Counted from the whole stretch's first letter, positions 36,201-49,800 are shown. The stretch: DNA of 63,594 nt, filler included, from Phoronis australis (GCA_002633005.1; 6 parts of 6 records of this genome joined end to end with filler, not necessarily neighbours in it), one strand, 5' to 3'. The notes: generated by a model from the letters alone, not told the origin. Program-made: numbers and translations.

Positions 36201-36843
36201 GCCTGCCTCGGAAACCTCATAATCTGAGTATGTGAACTCATCCTCAGAAGAAGACGCTACAACAGTCTCGTGAAGCTTTTTCTTACTTCTTTTCTGGGAC
36301 CTTTTTGTTTCACTCGTGGTGGACTTGCAGTTGCGAGATCATATATAGACCGGGATCCCAGAGCTTTTTGGGCATGCAAAGGTAACCAATTTTTCTTTGA
36401 TACCACAGTGGTCTACGGGTATCCTCATGCTTGGAAATGGTCGTCATGATCTATCCTAGAATGTTGCCTGAGGCTGCAATATCATTGTTCCATGTGCTCA
36501 CGTAGTAATTTACAAATCCAGTCTTCGACTTGGTTGCATTCCCAAGATTTGGACAAAAGCCAGTGTAGTCATCATCCCTATTATCAGGAAAGAATCTTTA
36601 GCAGCTCGTAGCCGGGGGGGGGGGGGGGTTCGGGACCGGGGTTCACTCGAACTCCCCTGCAAAAAAGGTCCAGCCCCAGTCTATCCGTTAAAGATAGGAT
36701 ATAGATGGACAACAACGATTGTTGCAGCTACATGTACTGGTACCCCTAACTACAACGATTACTAAGTTACTAATTTGCTTCAAGCGCTTCGCGTAATCAT
36801 CGGGCCGTACCCGGCCAACTTCGCCAGAATGGTGCTTACATAG

Positions 36844-37301
36844 TGTCAGAATATAGTCTGACAGTATTTTTAGTTATATTGTTTTGTTTTGTTATTCTAT
36901 TTGATTGGCATGACCCCTGAGTTAAGTACAGTGATGATGTAATTTGTTTACTACAAAATAGTGTGGAACTTTCTAGAAGACTGAGGTCAGAACAGTGATG
37001 ATGTAATTTGTTTTCTACACTATAGTGTGGAACTTTCTAGAAGACTCTAGCATGACAGTGATTAATGCAGTCTGGAATATTATAGAGACTAGTACATGTT
37101 TGTAGAATGATTGGGTAGGTTCCAGAAAGTTCCGGTATGTGCTTGAATTGATGAAAAGTTCTAGAACAATGAATTAGGCTATAGAACAGACATTACGTCG
37201 GACGTTTTGTTTGAGTAGGCTTGTGAACGTACGGTCGGGATTAATAAAGGATTAACTCGAACCAGTCTTCAGTCAATCTTCGCACCGAAAGCTATGTAAC
37301 A
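36844..37301 (+). mobile_element. LTR of a different retrotransposon nested in the Gypsy
   Basis: Starts TGTCAGAATATAGTCTGACA, ends TGTAACA, has AATAAA near its 3' end and an internal ~63-bp tandem duplication; no TSD. Confidence 0.6.
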
Positions 37302-37564
37302 ACCTGCGCCCACCCACACACGGGGAAAAACGTGACACATAGATTACAGGATTGTACAGACCATTAGAGGATGCTTTATGTTACTCATCGCCACTGAACC
37401 CGCATGGTGGGTGCAACATACACATGGGAGGCGCAGAATTGAAAAAAGTGGTGACCCTGGGCGGCACAGTGGAGCAGACGACGGAAACGGAGTCGTAGCG
37501 CGCAGCGCCACTGCCGGTCGCCTGGGATATCGAGGGAGAGCCTATATACTTAGCCATATTTTCG

Positions 37565-38291
37565 TTACGAATGCGCCGTGTAACGAATTTGNCATGTTTT
37601 CTGTTTGTCAGTTTTTAGTTTTTGCATCTCATCTGCAAGTCGGTCGTCATTCTGGGCGTCATCTAAGAAGTGTTCCTTCTTTAGTTTTTCAACTTCCTGC
37701 AGGTGGCGCGCGGCAGCTTCTTCGCTTCTTGCCGTATTCAGTATGTCGCCTGTTGTGGCAGTCTTGGGTAAGGCATACACCTTTTTGAGCGTTTTTGTGT
37801 CGTTCAGGCCATATTTCAACGCTTCAGCTTCGATGATTTTTTCGACGTTACTTTCATACTCGCATTCGTGTAAGATATCACGAATTCGATAGTAGAACAT
37901 GTCTACAGACTCATCGTTCTTTTGTTTAATAAATGTTATTTTCATCCTGGATGCATTCCAGGAACCCTCATGGCCATCTTTTTTTTGCACAGATGCCATC
38001 AAAGAATGTCCAGAACGAGTCAAGTTTTTCTGATTCACCGGACGGAAACGGGTGGTTTGCGTGTTTGACGCATGCGTCGGGACCCATCCACACGAGGACT
38101 TTGTCCACTTGACGCTTTTCCGCCAGTCCTTCATAGCAGTTCAATATCTTATTAGTAAGGGTTTTGAATCGTACATAATCATGGTATAGTTTCTTGCTGG
38201 TGAAATCTAATTGTTTTGGCATCTCCACACCGTGTAGGCGTGCCTTAGCAGAGGCCTCAATTTCATCCCTTGTAGCCATGTTAAATGTCAC
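37565..38291 (-). pseudogene. gag: Gypsy gag; frameshifted and interrupted
   Basis: KQKNDESVDMFYYRIRDILHECEY (major-homology-like region); located downstream of the PBS. Confidence 0.85.
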
Positions 38292-40589
38292 TGTGTTTCG
38301 AATTATACAACAGTTCGCGTGCTACTATTCACGTGCAGATGTATTACTATCGCGCGTGACTCATACCAGCAAGATTGGAAAATGTTTTTTAGCGTGATTT
38401 TCAACGTCCAGTTTTACGAATAAAAACCCGGCTCTAATGACAGTCTGATAGTTTATTGTTTTATCACAAATTCAATACTTGTCGCTCCGACGTCGAGGTC
38501 ACCATGTGAAGTGTTCTGTTATACCAATAAAGTCATATATCCAGTATATTTATCCATTTATTATGGAGAGCACAAATACACTACTTGTCAGATCGAGCTG
38601 TAGCCATTAGAGGAAGTAAGTCAAGTTCAATGCGGCTTCCAAATAACAACATTACTTAACTAACACATGACAACTGTAGAGCAGTCACCATATATTTTTG
38701 AAAAACAGGGATAACATTTTTGACCCAATCTGAAGTACTTAATTATTCATATTTCAATATTTGTTCCAGGTTCAGTGACATTTTAAGGCCACTTCAAGCT
38801 GTATCAGAGACAAGCTTTGTTACTCCGTTCTCTTCCCACAGCACTTCCACACACCAGCAGTGCTGCATGGCACAATGTACAAGTCAGTGGCCCTGGAGAA
38901 TCACAGTACTAAGTTAACATATGACAATGTACCAGTGGACTGTCTGTGTATTCAGACGAACTATATCTGACTGCTACACAAATAAGCCTTGTTGGTGAGG
39001 ATGCCCTTTCATAGGCAATGAGTCATGTGTGGACAATGAGCTTACTTCCTTTCCTGGAAGAAACATGAGGGACTGAAGCTGAAGAAGACTTAGTGACACT
39101 CTGGTCTAGTTCAGAGTCTGATTTTGGGCTCAAAACGATTCAAGTGATATGCTGATGTGTTTACCTTCAAGGGTCTAATTGTGGATGTTATGGAGGCTGA
39201 ATGAGGTTACATGAAAGAAAGCCACGTGTCGAAACTTTTTTTACAAGCGCTTCTATAGGCCATTGAAACTAGATCCCAGCGAAATGAAAGCCAAAAGCTG
39301 AGTGACATTAAATTTTCCTTTCAGAAGAAAGGCTTTATACTATTGGTAAAAACTTTTCACTTTGGTACACATTATGGGGAAATGACATTCAGTGACTGCA
39401 TCGATTGTCTTATTGTATGTTTTCAATTGTAGCTAGTTGGATAAGAATCTGCTATGCACAAGATTCGAGAATAAATTATTTAAGTATTAAATTATTTTAT
39501 GTAAGCTATACTGCCTCCTCCTCATTATCATATTGTTTGGATTCTCTGGTCAGTGACCCTCTTTGTTTTACGATTATTAGTTTAATTGTACCACGTGATC
39601 TCTTTGTCTTGTTGCAACACTGGGCCATCGTCCACAATTCTCTTCAACTTTCATTTTTCACTCAATTTCTCTTTGAAGTTTCAGCACTCTCCGTCTCTTC
39701 ACATCATTAAGGTATTGTACCNGCGGGCCCCCTGGGCCTCCCCCCTAAATACGCCTATGAGTCACATTACCCATGGCCATGGGCATAGGTATATTTTCCT
39801 AAAATTATCCCTGCGATCGTACGGTGACATTTTGATTTGGAATTCATGGACTGCAAGTATCCAAAAAGCTGACGATCACACCGTACGTTCATCATAGTCC
39901 GGCAGCCCGGCTGTACAGTAGGCCTAGCCTACATGTACACTGCAGACAACAGTGGCAACGGGGCTGCGATCGACTTGTCTAACAACCGTGAACAGAACAC
40001 ACAAAATGAAAGCCATTGTATCATATTATTGAATAACAGATAACCATTATCTTTCTGGATCCTTAGGAAACTTAAAAATGACACGTCTGGGGTTTTCGTC
40101 ACACAGCAAAAAGCGTCCTTCCCATTGTTTTGGCGCTTCCTGGTTGACAGTTGCTTAGTCACCACTTGGCGGCGCTAGTAGTAGCGGTAACAGCGAACTC
40201 GCAAGTGAACTCTCCTATTCTACTACACTCAGTTCCAACTGCCAATGGTGATTCTTGACTCTTTTAAAACTACCGACTCATTCTCAAGCAGGGACAACAT
40301 TACGGGCACGGGTCAGGGCTGAGGGGACCAACGGCTGTTTTAAATTTAAGAAGACTGTATGGGACTCTTTGACTTCTTGAAGATTGGCAGGGACAGGGTA
40401 GCCTCCTATAACTATACTTTCGACCCGTGGTTCCGGTGGGTGAGGTTGAGGCGAAGCGGCCCTGAACTTTTCAGTCTCGCTGTGAAATGATGCTTGTCTG
40501 GAAGGTGGCAGTGTGACGGTACTCACCACCAGCGACACACCTGATTATGGCGCTGCCTCACTCACCTTCTTCAACAAGGTTGTGGACCC

Positions 40590-40990
40590 TAAACTACGGA
40601 AATTTCCAGATGAAACGGGTTCAAATTGTAATATATCACGCCTATTCAGACGATATTGTTTTCATTGCGTCTGTTATTGATCCTGGCACGCTACCCTGGT
40701 CAGAGAGCTACTTTCAAATACAGCATCCATTCCGAATCAGCCCGGCACCTTAAAAATCATTGGCACAAAAACAAATGTGTTTGTGCTTTAAAAATTGCCC
40801 ATCCGGCCTTTTGATTCTGAACGGTAGCCGTATTTGTCTTGTAAAGTGGATGACTTGCTCCTCGCCTTTCCTTGGTTCCGCATATTAAGGAAAAGCCAAA
40901 ACTACGCTGTTGAGGTGTAGCCGTGCTGTGGGTAAAATTTGGGACATGTCTTCCAGAAATATGCTCTGGGTCTACTCCGCCTTTATCTGA
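40590..40990 (+). mobile_element. Possible highly degraded LINE RT fragment
   Basis: HAYSDDIVFIAS resembles the YADD motif; KTNVFV follows in another frame. Confidence 0.35.
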
Positions 40991-43900
40991 CTTATGTCTG
41001 TTCTCAGACTAGCCGCAAAATCACTTAATTTTTTTACCTTTTATGGTGTTGTGAAGATAGAAACATTATGCAACATCCCAACAAGAAATAATGCGAATGT
41101 TCGTTGTCGGGATTATGATTAATAACGAAGGTTTCATCTCTCTTCAATCTTGATTAAAGCTGACGCAAGAAGCTACCATTTATTCTTCTGAGCTGCAACG
41201 AATCTAATCACCGGTTTATTTGATTTTAATAACTTATTGAGTCTAGTATTCATATAGCCTCAGTTTTGGGTGTCTCAGACAAAGATTTTATAGTATCTTT
41301 GCCTCAGATGTAAAACCCGTCAATCACTTCAATGCTATGTCCGTCTTTGGTACTAGCATATCTTTTATGACCTCGACAGATCGACCTTGGTCGTCTTCAA
41401 GTTTTATTTTATGTTCATTTTTATTCAAAAGTAGACTTTTAATGACAAAGTGCTCTTCATTGGCTGCCACGTAGTTCCAGCTCCACGCACAAGTAATCGT
41501 CATTCCATGAGCGCTGAAGATGGTCTGAGAAATGACCGACCGATACGTCGTAGAAATGTAAATAGGTTAGAAGTAGCCACCCTGCTGCGTCGATCTGGAT
41601 TAAATCAACAAAGAAACTATTGAAGTGCTTCACTGAAACCTTGATCACGTGAATATACAATGGCACACACTAGTAGAATCAGTGCAGACATTTGCAAAAA
41701 AGGTCTAAAAGCTTTTCTCACGAAGAAAATGTAATGTCTGCGCCCAAAACACGTACACACATTAAAGTACATGGTCACAATTAGCCGCAAAATGAAAAAT
41801 GTCCAAATTTATTTCCGTGCCATTTTAGTGTTTATTTTTCGCAGCCAAGAGGGGTGGGGACAAGACCCCATCCTGGAAACATTCAATCAGAGACCAACGG
41901 AGGTGGAACTCAGAAGAATCAGAAGATGGCGTCTTCAGTCAAATCTGTAACGCTTACGACGATGACACCTGCTCGAAAGGTCGTATTCTGAGGAATCCGC
42001 AGAACATCATCCAGCACGTACTGGTCTACGTATAGGCGGATCCAAGGGGGTCAAGAGGTTAGGACCCCCTTTTTCCCTTGATTTTAGTGATATCAAATCT
42101 ATAATTTTCAAATTTTTGACTTGATCCCCTTCTTTTAAAAAGTTCTTGACCCACCCCATCCCCCTTAATTGTGGATCCGCCTCTCCTACATTTGTTCTTG
42201 TGTCGCGGTAAAACTGAACATTGAAAATAGTCCATTTTCGCTCTAAAACTGCACACCGCGTCATCATTCAGTTGCCCGTATATCATGCAATTCTGTCATA
42301 TTTAACAATTAAACCTGGGTCTCACCAAGTCTAAAGTTAAACCTGGTTAAAAGATCTTAATGCAGGTCTAAAGAATATAGACCTCGTTGGTGAAAGGAAA
42401 ACTGACTAAGATTAGGTCTAAACTGGAGTTAAACCAGATTTTACTAGACCACTGGTCTAAAAGTTGAGCCACCTTTATGAAATGCAGATTATCTTTAAAC
42501 CTGGTCTGAGCCCAGTTTAAACCAGGTTTAACTTTGAAATCGGCTGACAGTGCCTATGGTGTTAACAGGGAATTTTAGAAATGGTGTAAAAAGTATTTNN
42601 NNNNNNNNNNNNNNNNNNNNNNNNNNNNNNNNNNNNNNNNNNNNNNNNNNNNNNNNNNNNNNNNNNNNNNNNNNNNNNNNNNNNNNNNNNNNNNNNNNNN
42701 NNNNNNNNNNNNNNNNNNNNNNNNNNNNNNNNNNNNNNNNNNNNNNNNNNNNNNNNNNNNNNNNNNNNNNNNNNNNNNNNNNNNNNNNNNNNNNNNNNNN
42801 NNNNNNNNNNNNNNNNNNNNNNNNNNNNNNNNNNNNNNNNNNNNNNNNNNNNNNNNNNNNNNNNNNNNNNNNNNNNNNNNNNNNNNNNNNNNNNNNNNNN
42901 NNNNNNNNNNNNNNNNNNNNNNNNNNNNNNNNNNNNNNNNNNNNNNNNNNNNNNNNNNNNNNNNNNNNNNNNNNNNNNNNNNNNNNNNNNNNNNNNNNNN
43001 NNNNNNNNNNNNNNNNNNNNNNNNNNNNNNNNNNNNNNNNNNNNNNNNNNNNNNNNNNNNNNNNNNNNNNNNNNNNNNNNNNNNNNNNNNNNNNNNNNNN
43101 NNNNNNNNNNNNNNNNNNNNNNNNNNNNNNNNNNNNNNNNNNNNNNNNNNNNNNNNNNNNNNNNNNNNNNNNNNNNNNNNNNNNNNNNNNNNNNNNNNNN
43201 NNNNNNNNNNNNNNNNNNNNNNNNNNNNNNNNNNNNNNNNNNNNNNNNNNNNNNNNNNNNNNNNNNNNNNNNNNNNNNNNNNNNNNNNNNNNNNNNNNNN
43301 NNNNNNNNNNNNNNNNNNNNNNNNNNNNNNNNNNNNNNNNNNNNNNNNNNNNNNNNNNNNNNNNNNNNNNNNNNNNNNNNNNNNNNNNNNNNNNNNNNNN
43401 NNNNNNNNNNNNNNNNNNNNNNNNNNNNNNNNNNNNNNNNNNNNNNNNNNNNNNNNNNNNNNNNNNNNNNNNNNNNNNNNNNNNNNNNNNNNNNNNNNNN
43501 NNNNNNNNNNNNNNNNNNNNNNNNNNNNNNNNNNNNNCCCCTGCCCCCCCCTCTAAATCCGCCTATGTGTATTAACAATCGAAAATCGAACTGCTATTAA
43601 CTAGGTCACGTGACCATGTCTTTTACAGTAAGATTTAATGAAAATAAAAGTACTTCAACATCAAAACAATGGTATCAACAACATTGCCAAATTTCATTTG
43701 ACACAATTATTCAAGACAAAATGTCATCAAAACACTGTTACTGTTGTCTAAATTAGCATTTTGTTTTCGATTGAAAAGCAATCACGCCAAAAGTGCAGCA
43801 TTTTCAAAACACGTATTAGAGAACAATGCACAAAGTATCTGAGAGTTTCATGTGAATCTTATCAAACAATTTTGAGATATGACCTTCCGAAGTTTGACGA

Positions 43901-44069
43901 ATTTGAACATTTTTAAGGGTCCTACGTAACCCTAGCGGATCAAAACTGAGTTGCCGATTTTCTGACAAAACTTTATTAATCATGATTTTAAGATTTACAC
44001 GAATATAAAGTGTTAAAACACAATATTCATGCAAAGCTTGCCTTCGTTTCCCCATTAGCTAGGGTTGAT

Positions 44070-44978
44070 TATCAGGCAGGGGTGATCATCAGGTAGCGTT
44101 ACCCATCAGGCAGGGTTACCCATCAGGTAGGGTTACCCATCAGGTAGGGTTACCCATCAGGTAGGGTTACCCATCAGGTAGGATTGAATATCAGGTAAGG
44201 TTGACCATCAGGTAGAGTTGACCATCGGGTAGAGTTGACCATCAGGTAGGGTTGACCATCAAGTAGGGTTGACCATCAGGTAGGGTTGGCCATCAGATAG
44301 AGTTTAGGTAGAGTTGACCATTAGGTAGGGATTAACCATCGGGTAGAGTTTGACCATCAGGTAGAGTTGACCATCAGGTATGGTTGACAGTCAGGTAGGT
44401 TTGACGGTCACATAACGCTAACTTGTCGTGAGAGACGGTCCGGAGTTGGTATATGGTGCAACTCCGGACAGTCTGGGCTCAACAGTTTGAAACCACAGTT
44501 CTACTGTGAGTCTATACACCAATGTGATGGACGATAGTAGTTCTACTTGCCGCGTTAGCTGTAGGTATCATTATCTCCTTTATGACACAAATTGTGTAAC
44601 TGGGCAAAGCCCAGTGCAGCACGAGACCCTGAGGTCCCTGCCATGTGCTCACGACAATTCTACCTTATGCAGGAAGTAGAGTTGACCATCAGGTAATACC
44701 ATCAGGTAGGGTTGACCGTCAAGTAGGGTTGACCGTCAGGTGGGGTTGACCGTCAGGTGGGGTTGACCGTCAGGTAGAGTTGACCGTCAGATAGAGTTGA
44801 CCGTCAGGTAGAGTTGACCGTCAGATAGAGTTGACCGTCAGGTAGAGTTGACCATCGGGTAGAGTTGACCATCGGGTAGAGTTGACCGTCAGTTAGAGTT
44901 GACCATCAGGTAGTGTTGACCATCGGGTAGTGTTGACCGTCAGTTAGAGTTGACCATCAGGTAGAGTTGACCGTCAGG
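44070..44978. repeat. 17-bp minisatellite (CAGGTAGRGTTGACCRT), interrupted by a MITE and running into a gap
   Basis: Dozens of copies at 44070-44410 and 44675-44978. Confidence 0.95.
44411..44669. mobile_element. MITE inserted in the minisatellite
   Basis: Imperfect 22-bp TIR CATAA.......TTGTCGTGAG; CA on both flanks. Confidence 0.6.
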
Positions 44979-45152
44979 NNNNNNNNNNNNNNNNNNNNNN
45001 NNNNNNNNNNNNNNNNNNNNNNNNNNNNNNNNNNNNNNNNNNNNNNNNNNNNNNNNNNNNNNNNNNNNNNNNNNNNNNNNNNNNNNNNNNNNNNNNNNNN
45101 NNNNNNNNNNNNNNNNNNNNNNNNNNNNNNNNNNNNNNNNNNNNNNNNNNNN

Positions 45153-45185
<33 letters not shown>
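45153..45185. repeat. (CA)n microsatellite at a gap edge
   Basis: Direct reading. Confidence 0.98.
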
Positions 45186-45189
<4 letters not shown>

Positions 45190-46275
45190 GGGGAAATAAT
45201 ATTCTCGTTCACTGGAAGTAGAGGTTTTGGGCGCAGTACTAGAGCTAAAAAAGGTCGATTGAGTATCCATCTTAAATATAAGCATATAAATCTCAAACCC
45301 TCTTAAACTGCATAAATTTGCACCAATTTAAGCACATTGTCGGGTATAATTTACAAAAATCTTTCGTTTACTTTCAATTGCAGACGGACAGTCACGGTTT
45401 TCCAAATAATGCGCAGATCCCGATCTGGTCTCAGTGTTGTATCCGTTCCCAGTCAGTCTTAATTGTGTTCAATAATAAAAAGGCTGGTACACGGGCCAAT
45501 TATCTACCACGCTTCAAAAAGTTGCTATTCAAGTCATTGCTAGTGAGATAATTGCTCTGCTATGACACGAAACCAACAGATGAATATTCGTGGCTGCAGT
45601 GACTTAATAGACGCGAACTGACGGTTCTTGTCCGTACACTTAAAAAGTTGAAGGTACCCCTGAAAAGGGGCGTTTATGTTATGAGCACAAAAATAAGAGA
45701 TTAAATAATTGAGTGAAGGTATTTAAAATTTAGTTTTATATTAAAAGCTTAAAAACTAAAACTGGCCGGTGTATCTAAGCACATGAATGGACTAATGTTA
45801 ACAATTGGTTTCAAACGATATGGTCCATTGATAAAACTAACTGTGACAAACAGTTGAAAAACACACTAGTGGTCTATGCGCGGCCAAATTTTCTTAGTAT
45901 TCGCGAGTGAAGGCTGACAAGTGACGCTGACGTCCGTCTTGCCGCCGGGCAGCCCCTCGGAATGTACAAGTGAGTTTCCAGACTGACAACTTTGTCGATA
46001 GATGTCACTACAAACAGCCCCTTATTTCGGATTGGTTACGGTTTTGACCCGAGTAAATCACGTGACTACTATTGGAAGATCCTGGGACGGCAAGTGAGAA
46101 CGTCGGGTTTATGGCCAAATAACGCCTTTCTAATTCAAAATTTTATTTCGATTCCATGTATGCTGTTAATCGGAAAAACGAGGAGGACTGTGACTTAAAG
46201 TACGGGTCGTTTTCGAAGCGATATTGGCCAGTAATCTGGCTTTAACATTTCGCTCCCTCCGAAGTTCATTTCAAA

Positions 46276-46305
46276 ATGGCGTCTGAGCCGGGAAGTTTTT
46301 ATCAG
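46276..46305 (+). CDS. Candidate first coding exon MASEPGSFYQ with housekeeping-type promoter
   Basis: AAAATGGCG start, CAG/GTATGT donor; upstream TCACGTGA E-box and ATTGG boxes (~46030-46080). Confidence 0.55.
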
Positions 46306-46777
46306 GTATGTTTCTTCTGTTTTACTTGCTTTCGTATGACTTGTTACCGTGTCATCTTACAGTCATTGACGGATGTGTGTTTTACTCGTGTAACCGTGCT
46401 CTTTCTGAGACACACTGGTCGTAGTCGCTGCAAAATCGACAACTCATGTTTCTGACCCTATTCTTGACAGTTGAATAATCTTGACTTGACTCATTCACTC
46501 GCTCATTGGGTACTTGAGTCATTGATTTAACATGTTTAATGATTCGCTAATCCTGCATTTTAGCAGTCTTACATTATCTAGAGGTGATGAAAACCAGTTG
46601 CATCAACTTGGCAGTGGGTGGACTTTGAAGGTGCAGTTCTTTTTTAGTGACAGTGAAAGTGTATTATGGTCTAGTAACTGGCTCTGATGTATATAGCGGC
46701 CACTTATTCAGGGAACCAAGCAATCCCTGAAATATGGTCCTGTTATGTGATACATAAAACTGGTTCCATGACTGTGT

Positions 46778-46880
46778 GGATATAGTGGTCCCTGAGTTAG
46801 AGAACCAGGCAATCACTGAATAACGGGCCCGTTATTTAGTGGATGAAACTGGTTCTCTAAATCAGGGACTGCTATTATCC
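46778..46880. repeat. ~103-bp imperfect palindrome, preceded by a degenerate copy
   Basis: Centre AATAACGGG/CCCGTTATT; arms GTCCCTGA.TTAGAGAACCAG / CTGGTTCTCTAA.TCAGGGAC. Confidence 0.9.
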
Positions 46881-49800
46881 AACCAGTGGCTAGCCCAGTA
46901 CCCGACCCAGGAATGGAACCAGGCCTTCATGCAGCGTAGGTCCTGGGCGTCCATTTGGATGCCCTAGCACTAATCTGGACACCCTGGCAAGGATGCCCAA
47001 TGTATCATTTGGACGCCCTGTCAATCAGAATTTCTCCTTTGGACACCCACATTGTAAGGTTACTAGGACTCCAGTTAATGAAAGAGAGAAGTTGGGCCTT
47101 TTAACTCAGAAATACATGTAAAATGTTACAATGTTCAAACTATTTTCAAAGTATTTAGTAGACCTGTCAATCCTTAGCACCTGTTTGGTTGCGAGAGTGT
47201 CTCTGCCATAAACATCTTAGCATCATCTGTGCGTTTTTTGCCTTGGTAACTGCAGCTTTGATGACATAAAGCTAGTTAAGATGATATGATAAACTTAAAG
47301 TCCTTGTTGCAAACTGCCCATGTTGTTCTAGTATCCGAAAATACTTACTACATAAAATCTTATTTTCGACACCCTTTCTTTACATTCTTTTCGCCTTTCT
47401 TGCCAAGAGCGATTTTTCAACCGTATTTGACCCTTTTCTCTGAGCGTATTATTAGCGGTTGTCATCGGTTATTTCCGTACCCACATTTCCGGCTCATCAG
47501 TTCAGGAACTTGTCCTGAACGCCGCCATTTTTTCCTTGTAACTGAATGTGCTATGGCTTGCTCGAAAAGTTTTCATTATTTTGTTTTATTAATAATATAT
47601 CGTGATTCGTTTGCATATGTAGTGTATTTATAGTTTGTAGTTTGTGGTCGTTGATTTTTTTTGGAATGTTACGCGTACTTAGTATGTTAAAATAGCATTG
47701 GTGTTTAGTTCCTTACGTAGGAACCAATATGGGTCGAACCTATTTTTTTCAGTTTTATTTTTTTCCTCGTTTTGAAAAAGTACTTTGCTATCATCGGAAA
47801 GGTAGTACATTCTACTCGGTTAAAATCGAAAAAGTATCAAAATCGGGGCAAGCACTGTAAAGTTATTGCAAGTTTTGTGGCGAAATTTGGGTCACTTTGT
47901 TTGGATCGCGCCGGCCATATTGCAGGACAGCGGGATGAGTTACGAGTTTAAAACTTTGTGTAAATTGTTTTCGCCAACAAATTACGGTGACATTTAGTTA
48001 GACATAACTTTACTTACTATTCTGCACGATTTAGCAGTGTTCACCAAATTTCAGCCTCGCAGTTGTTACTCATTAAGTGATAAATGTGCTCACAATNNNN
48101 NNNNNNNNNNNNNNNNNNNNNNNNNNNNNNNNNNNNNNNNTTAATTAATTAANNNNNNNNNNNNNNNNNNNNNNNNNNNNNNNNNNNNNNNNNNNNAGTC
48201 CTGGATGCACATTTTTGCTATTACTACATACAAAAAGCAGAAGTACAATGCATAAGTGCAACCCCTAGGCGCATCTTACAAAAATGCAAGATTCATTACC
48301 TACCTTGAGAAATTGCATTAAGACTTCCAAAACTCTTCAAATTACAGGAGTCAGGTGTCAACCAGGCAGATTCTTAACAAATTTGAAGTGTCCGAAAAAT
48401 GCTCGAGTTTCCTGCTGAATTTCAACTTTTCACTTAAAACCAAAACTGAGTAACAAACGGGTCAACGGCAAACTGGTGTGCAAATTTTCACGCCTTACAG
48501 GCTCAGAAAACATCGCCATTCTTAGCCTTCAAACAAGCAAACAACAACTCAACGAACAATTTATTTCAAAATTCATAGGGCCATTTGCACAGTCCAACAT
48601 ACATGTATTGATATACAAACAGAATTATCTCGCCATATGATAATTTCGCTCCTAGTTGTCATTGCTTGTTGAATGAAGGACGCTGTAATTCTTCAATAAT
48701 ACACAATATCTGAACCCAAAAGGTCCTAAACGTCTCTATTCCTAACAATACATTATGTCAATAACTATTTCAATATGTCAGCACCGACAGGACAATCAAC
48801 TAAAAAGGGCATATCTGTTCCAATTTTAATCGAGTTAGAAGCTTCACATTTTTTATGGTCGAGGTATACTGTATCGTCTACCTAACTCAATCGAACGTCG
48901 AACACTTCAAATTTAATATTGCAAGTACTTGATTTAAAGATCGGCATGTTACTTTAGATTTAAGTGAACGGTAAAAAATAATATTTAGGCGTATTTGCAA
49001 GTGAAGACGGCCACAACTGAAAATTCATATCCGATAGCCTTAGCTTGTTGTGAATAATACATATTTTACTAAAGTACACTAGTTCTTTTGATCGTTCAAA
49101 TTATGGCCAGGCATAACTATGTAACATTGTCACAGCAGTCTATCGTCATTCACTTTCAACAATTTCAAACAGATAATGGGTTTGTACATGTATGTCACAC
49201 ACAAGTCAAAACGTCCACATTCAGCTTTTGCAAAACATTTGTTGTCTTGATAGCTGTACTCGATAGCCAGGCAATATAACACGCAAGCAGAACACTTTCA
49301 AGTTCTTTTAATGGGTTGTACCCCACAATTAAGCACCTTAAAACAAAATAGGTGCCATCATAGGGTCAAATAAGTTAAATGGTGTTTTTGCATTTCTGTT
49401 TGGTCCCAATTTGTATCAATAACAATTGACTTCAATTAAGATCTTCACTTGCATATTGGGCAAGTGTTTTGCAACACATCGTCCATCCCAGACTTCATGA
49501 GAAGGCAATACTCTGGTTTATACTATTTTCATGAATTTAACGTAGCTCCATTATAGAACCACTTTTCTTTTTATTATTCTGAATCCCACCTTTTTGAAGA
49601 CCACTATGTTCGGTTTATCGACATTTACAGACATGTTTCGTTACGTACAAAAAATCCTATGAATCAAGCCGTCCCTGAAGTTGTAGTACAGGGTCACCAA
49701 CCAAAGTGCCATAATAAGCAAAAAGTAACAAGGATACGTTTGCTATATCTTGGTTTACCTTTATGATACCGTATGAACCATTCTGAACTTCAGTTGCTAG

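Larger units (their letters stand above)
32697..38672 (-). mobile_element. Full-length but disrupted Ty3/Gypsy (Mag-like) LTR retrotransposon
   Basis: 168-bp LTRs at 32697-32864 and 38505-38672 (9 differences by my count); TSD ACTGT; PBS TGGTGACCTCGACGT (tRNA-Trp-like); purine tract GAAGACGGGAGA next to the 3' LTR. Confidence 0.97.

Noticed and set aside
42550-43578. 341- and 338-aa ORFs
   Set aside because: Almost entirely N.
44070-44410. Interstitial telomeric repeat
   Set aside because: TAGGGTT occurs only inside a 17-bp unit, not as (TTAGGG)n.
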